From IMG/VR virus record IMGVR_UViG_3300045988_159115: 64,000 nt of DNA. One strand, written 5' to 3'. The notes below the pieces were generated by a model. That model saw only the letters and a list, made by a program, of their open reading frames with translations, did no database searches and was not told where the DNA came from. Source of the stretch: a virus. This document shows positions 42,239-52,352 of this stretch, piece after piece. Position 1 is the first letter of the stretch. Each line of letters begins with the position of its first letter. A program made the translations under genes and the position numbers.

Positions 42239-43258
42239 TTACAAAAGCTGGAGTGAAGAAGTGGAACCATTGTCTCCATGCTTCATGTTATCCAGCGTCA
42301 TGTACTTCGAATCATTTCGGATAGCAGCTTCACCAGCACTCATTGCCTTAGCATGAGTTACACGAAGCTTATCAGAGACGCGCAGGCAAAGATTCTTCAC
42401 CTTCTCCTGCTTCATCAGAATATCGGCTTTCTTTTCCTTTGAGAAATCAGAGTTTGCCTCAACAACGCTCTTATTCAGTTCAAGGAAATAAGCCTGCTGA
42501 GCAAGAGCATCGCTAATATTCGACTTGATATTATAGTACTGATAGACCAGTTCACGCATGACAGGAATAATTGCAAGTGCAACAGCAACCACAGCAGTAA
42601 CGCCAATTGCTGTATATGCACCAATGAAATTATCCTCACCGTCTTTCAGCATACCGTCGAGGAACTTTGCATACTGCATCTTCTTATTGACAGCGTTGTA
42701 CTTTGCAAGCTGATCAATGTAGAATGTGTTAGCGCGGTACTTCGTATTCTTCAGAGTGATCTTAATGGTAGCAGCATCAGGGCGCTTCACATAATCGACG
42801 AACTCATACAGAATCGTAGAAGTTGCCTGAACACATGCGTACACAAACGTATTGTACTCAAGCATCACGTACTCATTCTTCATCATAAAGCCCTTCTTAT
42901 ACAGAGGAGCCAGTTTCCGAATGTTGTTGATTGCTTCCTTCACTGTCATTACGTACTGCTGAACCTGCTTATTATTCAGATTCGACGCAAGTGCATTGAC
43001 ATTGTCAAGAACATCAATCATATTCTTGTAGCCTACGTATTTCTCAATATCACCAGCAGACACAGGGATATTGTCGAAATCAATATGAGCCTTTGAAATA
43101 ACGCTCATATACAGGCGCTCAAGATACTTACTCGTAACAGAAGAATTTGCATCTTCAAAATATGTGAGAACTTCACGTTCCTGACGCATTGTTGGGTGAT
43201 CAGTTCCACACAGAATACGCACAGACTCTTTTACGAGTCGCGGCTCAATCATCGCCAT
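42239..43258 (-). CDS. hypothetical protein with one central transmembrane-like segment
   Basis: Preferred start is the ATG at 43258 after AAGGAGG; hydrophobic GAYTAIGVTAVVAVALAIIPV. Confidence 0.65.
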   Translation of the reverse strand: MAMIEPRLVKESVRILCGTDHPTMRQEREVLTYFEDANSSVTSKYLERLYMSVISKAHIDFDNIPVSAGDIEKYVGYKNMIDVLDNVNALASNLNNKQVQQYVMTVKEAINNIRKLAPLYKKGFMMKNEYVMLEYNTFVYACVQATSTILYEFVDYVKRPDAATIKITLKNTKYRANTFYIDQLAKYNAVNKKMQYAKFLDGMLKDGEDNFIGAYTAIGVTAVVAVALAIIPVMRELVYQYYNIKSNISDALAQQAYFLELNKSVVEANSDFSKEKKADILMKQEKVKNLCLRVSDKLRVTHAKAMSAGEAAIRNDSKYMTLDNMKHGDNGSTSSLQLL

Positions 43259-43291
43259 TGTTATAACCTCCTTATTCAAAATTTTTATATA

Positions 43292-44647
43292 TTAGTGACT
43301 GATCATGCGGGTGAGCTCTCTGCCGATCTTATTGGAATTCATCGTAACTTCACGTTCCAGTGATTCGAGGGCATACGTCTCAAATGTATTATTCCCATCA
43401 TAGAGAATATCAACAGTACGATTGCCGTCATCGACAATGATGAATGTCATAAGGAAGAGAGACCGCATCATCGGAACTGCAAACTTCGGATTCCGAAGAT
43501 CATAGCCGGTCTTATTCTTGATCAGGTCTGCTTCATAACCGTTAATGACAACGGTTGCCTGAGGAACCAGCTGAGTACGACTCATCGTAGCCATCTGAGC
43601 CTTTGCAGTAGAACGCATACGCTTCAGAGTATTCCACCAAGGAGATGCACCCATTGAACGGTTTGCAACATCCAGTTTCACATCGTTGATATGGAGCAGA
43701 AGATCCTTAACCAGAGACTTCTCGCCGGTCGTCCAACGAATAAAGTTAAAGAGAACGCCACGATTCTGCATGGTATTCGTAAGATTCACAATCATTTCAT
43801 CCGAATGGACAGAATGGAGAATCACCTTAATACCAACGACGAAATCGACGAACTGGACAAACTCCTCCTCGTCATTGATTGCAGAAAGACGAACCTGCAT
43901 CATGTAAGGCTGCATGTCGTTCTGCTTCTTCACGTCGTTATCCTTCAGAAGCTGAGGCACGGTCTTATTGAAACTCTGCTTATACTTTTCCTTATCCAGA
44001 TCATTTGCAGCACGATAGCGATCGAACTGCATGTCTGTGATCTTCTTATTCATATAATCAGAATCGACTTCTGCCTCACGAGCATAGAACGGATTATTAC
44101 CGACATTCGGGATCGGAGAATAATCCAGATCCTTCAGAGCAGAACTCATCTGAGCCTTATGGGATTCAAAAATAGCCTTCGGGAACTTTTCAGAGAAATT
44201 GAAAGCAAGAATCTGACCGGTTGACTCATTGATATATGCCTTAGTAGAGCCATCATAGATACGAGCAAAAAGAGCATCGTAGTCCGGATCCGGTTCCACG
44301 CAGTTTTCAAGATAGGTATCAATTGCGGTAGACTCGAGCTTCACGTTCTTATGAAAACGCTGAATATACTGATTCACATCCTTATAGTCAGCGATATTCA
44401 TGATATTTTGGGTAGAAAGATAGGTCTGCACAAAAGACGCATACACTCGTTCCATAGTCTTTGCAAGTGTGCTGGCCATATCAATGGGAATAGAATCACT
44501 AATCAGGCAAGGAAACTGCATTGTCGTGTCCATCGCGCCACGAGCAAAACTCTTACGAACCATCTGATTACTCACATGGGTAACATCTGCCCCGACACGG
44601 CCGGCATCACGAACAGCAGCAATGATATCACTAATCGGTGATGACAT
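43292..44647 (-). CDS. hypothetical (structural module) protein
   Basis: About 451 aa; ATG at 44647 after GAAAGGACAGG. Confidence 0.7.
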   Translation of the reverse strand: MSSPISDIIAAVRDAGRVGADVTHVSNQMVRKSFARGAMDTTMQFPCLISDSIPIDMASTLAKTMERVYASFVQTYLSTQNIMNIADYKDVNQYIQRFHKNVKLESTAIDTYLENCVEPDPDYDALFARIYDGSTKAYINESTGQILAFNFSEKFPKAIFESHKAQMSSALKDLDYSPIPNVGNNPFYAREAEVDSDYMNKKITDMQFDRYRAANDLDKEKYKQSFNKTVPQLLKDNDVKKQNDMQPYMMQVRLSAINDEEEFVQFVDFVVGIKVILHSVHSDEMIVNLTNTMQNRGVLFNFIRWTTGEKSLVKDLLLHINDVKLDVANRSMGASPWWNTLKRMRSTAKAQMATMSRTQLVPQATVVINGYEADLIKNKTGYDLRNPKFAVPMMRSLFLMTFIIVDDGNRTVDILYDGNNTFETYALESLEREVTMNSNKIGRELTRMISH

Positions 44648-44714
44648 ACATACCACCTGTCCTTTCTCTCATGAATTTAGTTTTAGCCTTAGATTCCTAT
44701 TGGAAAACTTACCT

Positions 44715-44729
44715 AATTGTTTTTAGGTG
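44715..44729 (-). promoter_or_regulatory. class I-like motif CACCTAAAAACAATT
   Basis: Between terminator 44750-44805 and gene 44647. Confidence 0.45.
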
Positions 44730-44749
44730 CTTTTTGGCATGGGATTCCA

Positions 44750-44805
44750 ATAAAAAATAAAAAAATACAGATGATAATCCATGCATCCGACCACCATCTG
44801 TATTT
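44750..44805 (-). terminator. rho-independent terminator after 44819..45052
   Basis: AAATACAGATG / CATCTGTATTT followed on the - strand by TTTTTTATTTTTT. Confidence 0.75.
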
Positions 44806-44818
44806 TTCTTACTGAAGA

Positions 44819-45052
44819 TCAGTCATCATAATTCCAGATGCTTTTCTTCTTTTTCTTGTGCTTCTTTTTCTTCTTCTTTCCTTTCAGATATTTCTCTCTG
44901 TCCTTCCCAGAAAGAAACTCTCCGCTGAGTGCATCAACGACGTTCCTGGTGGTGCCATCCGTATATGTACCGAGGACAACTTTTTGTACCTTCTTATCCC
45001 CGGCAATATCCATGACTGCACTTCCAAGAGCTTTCAGAACTTTGGGATCCAT
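44819..45052 (-). CDS. small protein with poly-Lys tail
   Basis: 77 aa; C-terminus KGKKKKKKHKKKKKS; AAGAGGTG SD. Confidence 0.6.
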   Translation of the reverse strand: MDPKVLKALGSAVMDIAGDKKVQKVVLGTYTDGTTRNVVDALSGEFLSGKDREKYLKGKKKKKKHKKKKKSIWNYDD

Positions 45053-45100
45053 TATTTTTCACCTCTTTAAAATTGATAGAAAGATATATCTCAATCTTCC

Positions 45101-45126
45101 CTCATTAATATAATATATAAATAAAA
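45101..45126 (-). promoter_or_regulatory. AT-rich class II box (- strand TATATATTATATTAAT)
   Basis: Upstream of the ATG at 45052 and adjacent to a terminator. Confidence 0.3.
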
Positions 45127-45181
45127 ATATTGAAACCCTCATATCTCAGGTGTAAACTTCACCAAGATATGAGGGTTTCAA
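45121..45181 (-). terminator. rho-independent terminator after 45228..45485
   Basis: 17-bp stem TTGAAACCCTCATATCT / AGATATGAGGGTTTCAA followed on the - strand by TATTTTTATTT. Confidence 0.8.
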
Positions 45182-45227
45182 TTATAAAATAGAGAGGATC
45201 CTTACCAACGAAAGCAAATGAATCTTA

Positions 45228-45485
45228 TCAAGATGTTGCGACCAAAGCAGTCAGAGTTGCCGCTGCCAGAGTCAGACCAGCACCGTAAGTGATAGCGCAC
45301 AGAGGCGCGCCAACCTTCGTTTCGGAGTCCGTGACAGTGGGCAGATACTCAGTCAGAGTATTCATACTCTCGTCGCATACAACATCATCCGCAGTATTTG
45401 TGTAATACACCGGATGCACATTCTTCTGCTTGTCGATTTTGTTCATGAGGGCATGGATGCCATCAGTAGATTGTGTAAGGAGCAT
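45228..45485 (-). CDS. small protein with hydrophobic C-terminus
   Basis: 85 aa; C-terminus GAPLCAITYGAGLTLAAATLTALVATS. Confidence 0.6.
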   Translation of the reverse strand: MLLTQSTDGIHALMNKIDKQKNVHPVYYTNTADDVVCDESMNTLTEYLPTVTDSETKVGAPLCAITYGAGLTLAAATLTALVATS

Positions 45486-45668
45486 ATGAGTAATACCATC
45501 CTTTCATTACGATATTGAGTAATCTAATGCCGAAGCATCTTTAAGATTTGTCCTGAGATATTACTCCTTAGTTACAAGAACTTCTCCATATTCCAATTAC
45601 CAGGCTTTCCATGCACACTGGGATTACCATTATCTGTCCATATAATGATAGCGCCAGTGCAATAAGAT

Positions 45669-45845
45669 TTAACTTTTTTGGTCCGCCTGTACCGATGATC
45701 CTTCAGGAATATCTTTAGTAGCTCCATTACTTTCAGAGCCAAAGATAAGGACGCCCTTGATATTATATGCTCTTTTCAGAGGATTTCCTTTTGAATCAAA
45801 TGCCGATTTAAGTAAGGATGAGCTCGATACATCATAGATAGCCAT
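45669..45845 (-). CDS. small ORF (58 aa) missed by the ORF track; possibly continues in the +1 frame to 45572
   Basis: AAGGGAGGG SD 8 nt upstream of the ATG at 45845; the ORF stops just after an A6 run; the +1 frame encodes a further 33 protein-like codons (...IWTDNGNPSVHGKPGNW...). Confidence 0.45.
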   Translation of the reverse strand: MAIYDVSSSSLLKSAFDSKGNPLKRAYNIKGVLIFGSESNGATKDIPEGSSVQADQKS

Positions 45846-45858
45846 ATATTGCCCTCCC

Positions 45859-46842
45859 TTACTGCTTAGGTGTAGTATCTCCAGGAGTTACTGTTGTATT
45901 CAAGAATGCCTGAATCATATCATCGGGGCAAATACCAGAGTACACTTTAAAACGGTTAATTGTGCCGTTAAAATATCTATCTGTGTTGCCGCTAGTATCT
46001 CTGTAAGCTCCAAGAATAAGAGACTCGTCGACTGTAGTTGTCATACCCTTTATATCAACCCAGCCTGTATCTGGTTTAGCTTCAGTAGCAACAGCGTCCT
46101 GCTCTAAAGTACCTGAATAAACTATACTTGCTGCTGTCGGGCACACAACACGCATCTGTGAGCCTTTAAAACAAATTACGGCTTTTGTATTACGACCAGC
46201 AAATGCAGTAGATGCTGTGGTTTTCGTCAAAATTTGCTGATTATTATAGGTTGCCATAATTGTATTACCGGTATTAGGTAAAACGGTAATGGCTGTTCCA
46301 GGCCACGGTTGAATTTCCCTCATGCAATGCATGACAGTTCTCATGGCCGTACCAACAGACGCATTCTCACCATTCGAGAAATCAATCATGATGGTAAATT
46401 GCTCATCAGTAATACTTTCGAACAGCTTAATGCCGGTGTCAATGAATTGCTTTTTACTCGGATCAAAGGTAACCGGATTTTCGAGATTATACAGAATATT
46501 GAGAGTATTATTCAAAACCTCATCGGACGGAGTAAGACCCCATTCAGTGCAAAGAGCGTTAAACACCGGAGTCATCTTGTTATTCCCATATGCTGCTCCA
46601 GCAAAAAGATTGATTAACATCTGCTTCACATTATCAGGAAGCTCAGGAGTTTTATTTTCAACAGAAGTGATTTTCTTTGTATTGGCGTCAATTGTATTGC
46701 ACATGGTGACGAGCATGTCAGAAAGAGCATGGTCGTCATCAATCTGAATTTGATTTACAGAAGTTTTCGGATATAAAGGAAGTGCTACATCATCCACAAG
46801 CGTTTTGAAGATAATATTTTTTGAAGTGCTAGGATTACTCAT
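45859..46842 (-). CDS. LamG/concanavalin-like domain protein (tail fibre/receptor-binding module?)
   Basis: C-terminal ...NTDRYFNGTINRFKVYSG is typical of LamG-fold domains; preferred start is the ATG at 46842 after GGAGGA. Confidence 0.55.
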   Translation of the reverse strand: MSNPSTSKNIIFKTLVDDVALPLYPKTSVNQIQIDDDHALSDMLVTMCNTIDANTKKITSVENKTPELPDNVKQMLINLFAGAAYGNNKMTPVFNALCTEWGLTPSDEVLNNTLNILYNLENPVTFDPSKKQFIDTGIKLFESITDEQFTIMIDFSNGENASVGTAMRTVMHCMREIQPWPGTAITVLPNTGNTIMATYNNQQILTKTTASTAFAGRNTKAVICFKGSQMRVVCPTAASIVYSGTLEQDAVATEAKPDTGWVDIKGMTTTVDESLILGAYRDTSGNTDRYFNGTINRFKVYSGICPDDMIQAFLNTTVTPGDTTPKQ

Positions 46843-46870
46843 AATCATATCCTCCAAAACGCGTTTATTA

Positions 46871-46911
46871 TAAAAAAGGATACTGTCAGTTACGTGTAAC
46901 TGACAGTATCC
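46871..46911 (-). terminator. rho-independent terminator after tail-fibre gene
   Basis: GGATACTGTCAGTTAC / GTAACTGACAGTATCC followed on the - strand by TTTTTTAT. Confidence 0.8.
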
Positions 46912-46994
46912 ATTCATTACTTTGATCTATTACACGCAATCAAAGTTTTTAAGTAACTCTATTGATCAGAATGTATGCTTACACTCTATAGAAA

Positions 46995-48068
46995 TTACTC
47001 AATGATCTGTGCCCAGATATCGGTATCAGCCAGATCAGCAGGCTGCTCAGCCTGGCAGAAGAAGCGAGCACGAGCATTGACGGCAGCTGTCAGAGTACCC
47101 TCGACGCCCTTTGCACGAGCAGCCTCAGCGTCGGCAGCCTTCTGTGCGTTGTCAGCAGCAGTCTTTGCGGTAGCAGCAGAAGCACTTGCAGCATCTGCAA
47201 CAGCCTTAGCGTATGCAACAACAGAAGTAGCGTTAGCACCGGTACCAGCGGTGGGGATTGTACCAACCTTGGTAGTCAGGGCATTGATCTTATCGGTGTT
47301 TGCCTTCTCTGCAGCCTTTGCACGAGTTGCCTCATCGTTAGCTGCCTTCTGAGCTGCTGCAGCTGCGGTGTTAGCGTTTGTACCAGCAGCCTTTGCATCG
47401 GCTGCCAGAGCTGCTGCGTATGCAACGACAGTAGCGGAATTAGCGCCGGTGCCGGTTGTAGGGATCGCACCAACCTTAGTGGTCAGGTCGGTGATCTTCT
47501 TGTTCATCGCAGATGCGTCATCGGGGTGGCTCTGAATCCAAGCAGCGATCTCGCCCAGAGTATCCAGAGACTCCTTAGCACCATCGGGGATCAGCTGTGC
47601 AGCCAGCTCCTCGTTAGCGATGGTACGGACAGACTTGTTTGCATCCTTGCCAACCAGAGTGGTGATCTTACCCTCGGCAGCAGTCATGCGCTCGCCAAGC
47701 TTGGTGATGTTGCCAGCATTAGCAGTCTCAGCAGCCTTTGCTCGAGCAATCTCACCAGCCAGATCGGTAGTAACCTTTGCGATCTTACCAGCCAGAGAAG
47801 TAGCGTCCTTCTCATTAGTCAGCTCAGCCTTCAGAGCAGCGACCTTGTCGTCGATCTGCTTAGAAATAGAGGTTGCATCGTCAGTGCCAAGCAGCTTATC
47901 CAGCTTAGCCTTTGCAGCAGCAACGTCAGCATCGACAACAGCCAGCTTCTGAGTCAGAGTCTGACTGTCAGTGACCATGACCAGCTCTGCAGAAGTCTTA
48001 ACATACAGATCGTAAACGACCTTGTTAAGCTGCTTCTTCAGAAGGACCTTCTTAATATTAGATGCCAT
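46995..48068 (-). CDS. tail-fibre-like protein (coiled coil, Ala-rich, internal tandem repeat)
   Basis: Ala/Lys/Thr-rich coiled-coil text; two ~69-aa repeats; C-terminus ...EQPADLADTDIWAQIIE resembles common phage fibre tips; start ATG 48068 after AAGGAG. Confidence 0.65.
   Translation of the reverse strand: MASNIKKVLLKKQLNKVVYDLYVKTSAELVMVTDSQTLTQKLAVVDADVAAAKAKLDKLLGTDDATSISKQIDDKVAALKAELTNEKDATSLAGKIAKVTTDLAGEIARAKAAETANAGNITKLGERMTAAEGKITTLVGKDANKSVRTIANEELAAQLIPDGAKESLDTLGEIAAWIQSHPDDASAMNKKITDLTTKVGAIPTTGTGANSATVVAYAAALAADAKAAGTNANTAAAAAQKAANDEATRAKAAEKANTDKINALTTKVGTIPTAGTGANATSVVAYAKAVADAASASAATAKTAADNAQKAADAEAARAKGVEGTLTAAVNARARFFCQAEQPADLADTDIWAQIIE
47082..47495 (-). repeat. in-frame tandem duplication (2 x ~207 nt) within the tail-fibre gene
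   Basis: I(T/N)(D/A)LTTKVG(A/T)IPT(T/A)GTGAN..(T/S)VVAYA.A.A....A......A...AQKAA(N/D).EA.RAK occurs twice. Confidence 0.8.
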
Positions 48069-48186
48069 ATTAAAAATCACTCCTTAAAAAGTTATTTCTA
48101 TAGATATAAACTGGGATAGCCGAGTCGCTATCCCTTGTTTGTATCATAGCATTTAATAAGATGTTTATGGTTAATCTGGAGGCTGG

Positions 48187-48224
48187 CAAAATGACCCATA
48201 TCCAACACAAGATATGGGTCATTT
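48187..48224 (-). terminator. hairpin terminator candidate after 48230..49135
   Basis: AAATGACCCATATC / GATATGGGTCATTT. Confidence 0.5.
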
Positions 48225-48229
48225 AAAAT

Positions 48230-49135
48230 TTACTCTTTCTGCTCGATAATCTTTCCCCAGATGCATTCCGTATTCGGATTTTCTTTCTGGATAACGATTT
48301 CGTATTTACCAATACCACCAACAGAAGCAACTGCTGCATTCTGAGCAGTATAAGTAGTGGATGCAGTCTTGCTGTTTGTGACAGTCTTGATCAGCACACC
48401 ATCAGTGTTCTCGTCAGCAAGAAATCTGATATCATTTGCATAACCGATCACATCAATCGTGTTGATCTCAAACGTTTCGTTACCGTTATTGATATCCTGC
48501 AAAGTAGTTTTATCAACCGGTCTTGCAGCTGTATATGCTGCCTTGAACAGCGGGAATGAAACGGACACAATCTTCACAATGTAATTTGTGGGATTTGTGA
48601 AACCAGTGAACTTGATAAAATTGACCTTATCAAGAATTGTGTTGACCGTGTAAGTCTGCTCACTTGCTCCATTATTTGAAACAGCAATCTTCACCGTAAC
48701 TTCCGGATCAGTACCATTTGCAACACGACTTGCGTAAATGGACTTCAAGATTGCAGCAGCAGAAGATACTTCCTTGTTACCACGAATTCTAAAGAAGAAT
48801 CCGGGAATGTTAGGAGACATTGTGAATCGACGTTCAATAGCGACGTCAGAACTTGACACAAGATCCAGCTTACCAGTTGTATCAATCGTACGGTAGACGA
48901 TATATTCTTTTTCCGGAAGAACCAAACCGTCGATGCCCATAAGGACACCCATGGTATTGGAAATGACCTCATCTTCGCTAAGGTCTTTATCAGCATATGC
49001 TACGATTACGCCGTCTGTACGTTTATAGTACATACGGCCATCATCGCCACGTACCATAAGCTCGTCGTCTTGCGCATACTCTTTATGGCCAAGATCAAGA
49101 GCAGAGATACCATAGCGTGCCTGAATACCAGCCAT
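48230..49135 (-). CDS. hypothetical tail-associated protein
   Basis: 301 aa; C-terminus NPNTECIWGKIIEQKE echoes the (D/C)IW..IIE end of the neighbouring fibre gene. Confidence 0.65.
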   Translation of the reverse strand: MAGIQARYGISALDLGHKEYAQDDELMVRGDDGRMYYKRTDGVIVAYADKDLSEDEVISNTMGVLMGIDGLVLPEKEYIVYRTIDTTGKLDLVSSSDVAIERRFTMSPNIPGFFFRIRGNKEVSSAAAILKSIYASRVANGTDPEVTVKIAVSNNGASEQTYTVNTILDKVNFIKFTGFTNPTNYIVKIVSVSFPLFKAAYTAARPVDKTTLQDINNGNETFEINTIDVIGYANDIRFLADENTDGVLIKTVTNSKTASTTYTAQNAAVASVGGIGKYEIVIQKENPNTECIWGKIIEQKE

Positions 49136-49215
49136 TTATTTAGCCACCTTTCTCTTTGATTGTCTCTCTAGGAATCTTAATGATAAGTTTCTTGTATAAG
49201 GTGACAATCATCGTA

Positions 49216-52185
49216 TTAAACCTCAGTATATCTACTGAGCATCATCACCATCAAGCCATTATAATTGAAGTTCGGACGGATAACGATCTTATTATTCTTC
49301 TGGTAGTTTGTCCAGACAGCAGGATAGTTGTTTTGGACATTCGTACCATCAAGAATCCAAGACTGAGGCTTCGTAACTCCACGCGGAATGATGATATCCG
49401 TATAGAATCGCTTCATATCCGTAGTATCTGCATCCGGAGTAACTGCATCATTGACATTAGGCTCAAGATTCTCACCCGGTTTACCACCAAGCTCGCCATA
49501 TTTATCTTTGATAAGCCAGTCAAGAAAATCATCCTTCGTCTTATTATCAATACCCGGATTATTGAGAAACTCATCCATCGGAGTGTTTTCTTTATTCGGC
49601 TTATTGGTAGAGAAAATGGAAGGATCCATATCCTTTTTATAAATGGCAAGATTCAAACGAGATGCGACATTATAAAGCTTGATAAATCTACCAGTGATGC
49701 ATTCAATGTTATAATGGAACAGTCGACGACCATTCAGATAGACTTCGTAATAGTCGAGACTAAACGGAGTATCCAAATAATCTGCTGTATCAATCATATA
49801 GTTTTCCGGAATTTCCGGAATGAATGCAACACGCTTGTACGAATACGGTGTAACATCAGTTGATTGCACGTACTCTGTTGTAGTCGGGAAATAGTCCGTT
49901 CGTGCTACAAGCTTGTACGGGCCATCGCTTTCAATCTTGATATTACAAACGATTCGACGTCTATCCACAAATGTACGAAGATAAGAAGCTTCCTCGATCC
50001 AAGGGATAGCATTCTTCAGAATACCATATCGCTGGACATTCATCATCGGAGGAGTGACATCATGACGAATGAAAGAATCCTTATTCACGATGAAGGTATA
50101 AGTCACATTGACTTTACTAGCATCATTCAGTTTCACTTTCATTCGAGTGAGATGCATATATTTCGGAAGATCTTTCTCCACATTCGGAGTGATCTTCATA
50201 TACATTTCACCCTTTTCACCATCAATAACTTCGACATTTGCGGGAATACCGCATTTTTCTTTTCTCTCAGCAAGACTGAGCTTCTTATTATAGTCGCTCA
50301 TATTCACTAAGGTATAGAAGGAGAAAAGATCTTTATCAATCTTCTCAACTTCATCCTTGCGAACGAACAGGTCATGCCAAGTAGGAATCATGGACGATGC
50401 ATCCGTGAAATCCATATCCCACACTTCATCTGTGGATTTGAAAGCATGCTTCTTATAATAAGAATAGTAGTCAAACCGTTCGATTACGATGTGAGAGATC
50501 GGTGTGATAAACTCCTTAGGAATATAAATATAATCAAACTCGCCGACGTGAATCTGAAGATATTTTGTACACAGGAGTCCATCAATAAAGTATCGAAGTT
50601 GCAGACTATTCGGACCGTCATTTCGGAAGACAAGCAGATATCTAGTTTCCTCGAATTGGATCGGATTCTTCGGATCTTCTTTTGCAGTGCTAGTACGCTC
50701 ACGCTTCGGAAGGTCAACGTTACCAGCATACATGTAATAGAGATCGGAAGTAGGATTCGTAGTACCGATGTATTTTTCCTGCGGCTTCGGCTCAAGAAGA
50801 CCCCATTGTTTTGCCTTATCAATCTTGTAGTCATACGAATCCGGATACTGATTCGACTTGATGAAATCACCATGATTATAAATATAATCGGGGTCTTCAT
50901 ACTCGAACGTAGTCTCAAAATACTTCTTAGTAGGATCAAGAGACGGATCTACCTTATCATACAGAAGCTTATTGAGAGCACCTTCCAGATTAGTTTCACC
51001 ATACTTATCACTCATTTGCTTTTTGAAGAACTTGTGAATGTAGTCAAACTGATTGGTATATCTCAGATACCTCTCCATCGGACGATACAGATAAAAGAGT
51101 TTTACATCATATTTATCTGCAACATCTTTTGTCGTAACGATTTCATAGATATTCGGGTAATGCAGTCTGGTCAGATCACTGTAGTTAAAGTAGGTTACCT
51201 CACCAGTTGCCTTATCCTTAAAGAAAATAATGATATTCTCTTCAGGAATCGGCATATTGTAAGGAATACCTTCTTCTTCCTGAATGACAGCAATACATGA
51301 GTAATTCTCATTACTCGTACGCTTTCTCAGTGTCCGAAGTCCTTCCACCTCGTACATGTAGTTCGGATGGAAGAAAGTGATCTCAAACGTATTACCGCCA
51401 TGATGAGCAAAATAGTTTTTCAGCCAATCTGTTGCAGGAATAACCAGATTACCCTCGTCATCGACTCTACCATAGTTCAGGCTGTTACCCATGATCTCAT
51501 AACAGTTTTTCGTTGTCTTATTCACGCAACGGACTGTGTAGAAAATCGGGGTTCCTTTCATCAGGACACCAGTCAGAGTCTTACTGAAGATATAATTCTC
51601 AGCCTTTGCATCAAGAATATTCTTCAGTACGATTGTATTTGTCAGGAAGCTATGCGTCCAAGTATTTCGAAGCATAAATACTTCGATATTATGCTTTTCC
51701 TTGAAATAAGATGGCTTTGCAGGAAGATCGTGGAACACAATCTCGGTACGGCCATCCAGAGTACACTTAAAGCACACATTCAATGCAACCCGATTATCTA
51801 CGATTGCACACGGTGTAAATTCAAACACCGTTTCCGGAGAATACTCGGGTTTAAATTGCTTCTCTGATAAGTCTTCGGCAATGTCAGCATAAGTGATATA
51901 CTTACCGAAATACTTACTGTATTTATATACCTTACGCTTAGTCGCGTCAATAAAGTCTTTCGGAACAGAGATGCAAAGTTCCGTAGGGTAATTCTTATCC
52001 ACAAAGAAATTGGCTTGTGTGAAGTGGAATCGTTCCATACAACTGTAACTCTTTTGAACTCGCTTCAGAAACTGAAAAGAGTTCTCAACGGTTGTATGGA
52101 GCAATTTATTCAGCTCTTCTTCGTCATACGTACTATTCAGAATATTATCGTAATTCGGAGTGAGCTCACCGGTTAATTTACCCAT
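49216..52185 (-). CDS. large structural protein (baseplate/tail?)
   Basis: 989-aa ORF; GAAAGGGGAG SD; heads the fibre gene block. Confidence 0.75.
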   Translation of the reverse strand: MGKLTGELTPNYDNILNSTYDEEELNKLLHTTVENSFQFLKRVQKSYSCMERFHFTQANFFVDKNYPTELCISVPKDFIDATKRKVYKYSKYFGKYITYADIAEDLSEKQFKPEYSPETVFEFTPCAIVDNRVALNVCFKCTLDGRTEIVFHDLPAKPSYFKEKHNIEVFMLRNTWTHSFLTNTIVLKNILDAKAENYIFSKTLTGVLMKGTPIFYTVRCVNKTTKNCYEIMGNSLNYGRVDDEGNLVIPATDWLKNYFAHHGGNTFEITFFHPNYMYEVEGLRTLRKRTSNENYSCIAVIQEEEGIPYNMPIPEENIIIFFKDKATGEVTYFNYSDLTRLHYPNIYEIVTTKDVADKYDVKLFYLYRPMERYLRYTNQFDYIHKFFKKQMSDKYGETNLEGALNKLLYDKVDPSLDPTKKYFETTFEYEDPDYIYNHGDFIKSNQYPDSYDYKIDKAKQWGLLEPKPQEKYIGTTNPTSDLYYMYAGNVDLPKRERTSTAKEDPKNPIQFEETRYLLVFRNDGPNSLQLRYFIDGLLCTKYLQIHVGEFDYIYIPKEFITPISHIVIERFDYYSYYKKHAFKSTDEVWDMDFTDASSMIPTWHDLFVRKDEVEKIDKDLFSFYTLVNMSDYNKKLSLAERKEKCGIPANVEVIDGEKGEMYMKITPNVEKDLPKYMHLTRMKVKLNDASKVNVTYTFIVNKDSFIRHDVTPPMMNVQRYGILKNAIPWIEEASYLRTFVDRRRIVCNIKIESDGPYKLVARTDYFPTTTEYVQSTDVTPYSYKRVAFIPEIPENYMIDTADYLDTPFSLDYYEVYLNGRRLFHYNIECITGRFIKLYNVASRLNLAIYKKDMDPSIFSTNKPNKENTPMDEFLNNPGIDNKTKDDFLDWLIKDKYGELGGKPGENLEPNVNDAVTPDADTTDMKRFYTDIIIPRGVTKPQSWILDGTNVQNNYPAVWTNYQKNNKIVIRPNFNYNGLMVMMLSRYTEV

Positions 52186-52250
52186 AACTTCTATTATCTC
52201 CCCTTTCTTTTAGTATTTATCAATACAAGTGAAAGTCTAACTGATTAGAA

Positions 52251-52265
52251 TACTGTTTTCAGGTG
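52251..52265 (-). promoter_or_regulatory. class I promoter-like motif CACCTGAAAACAGTA
   Basis: 65 nt upstream of the ATG at 52185 and immediately downstream of hairpin 52272-52316. Confidence 0.5.
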
Positions 52266-52271
52266 GTATGT

Positions 52272-52316
52272 AAGATAGACACTGATACCCAATGAAGAAA
52301 TATCAGTGTCTATCTT
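52272..52316 (-). other. 16-bp perfect hairpin (terminator-like, no U-tract)
   Basis: AAGATAGACACTGATA / TATCAGTGTCTATCTT. Confidence 0.5.
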
Positions 52317-52352
52317 TGTCGGAAGTGCCAAAATGTGAAAGGAACATAGTGG

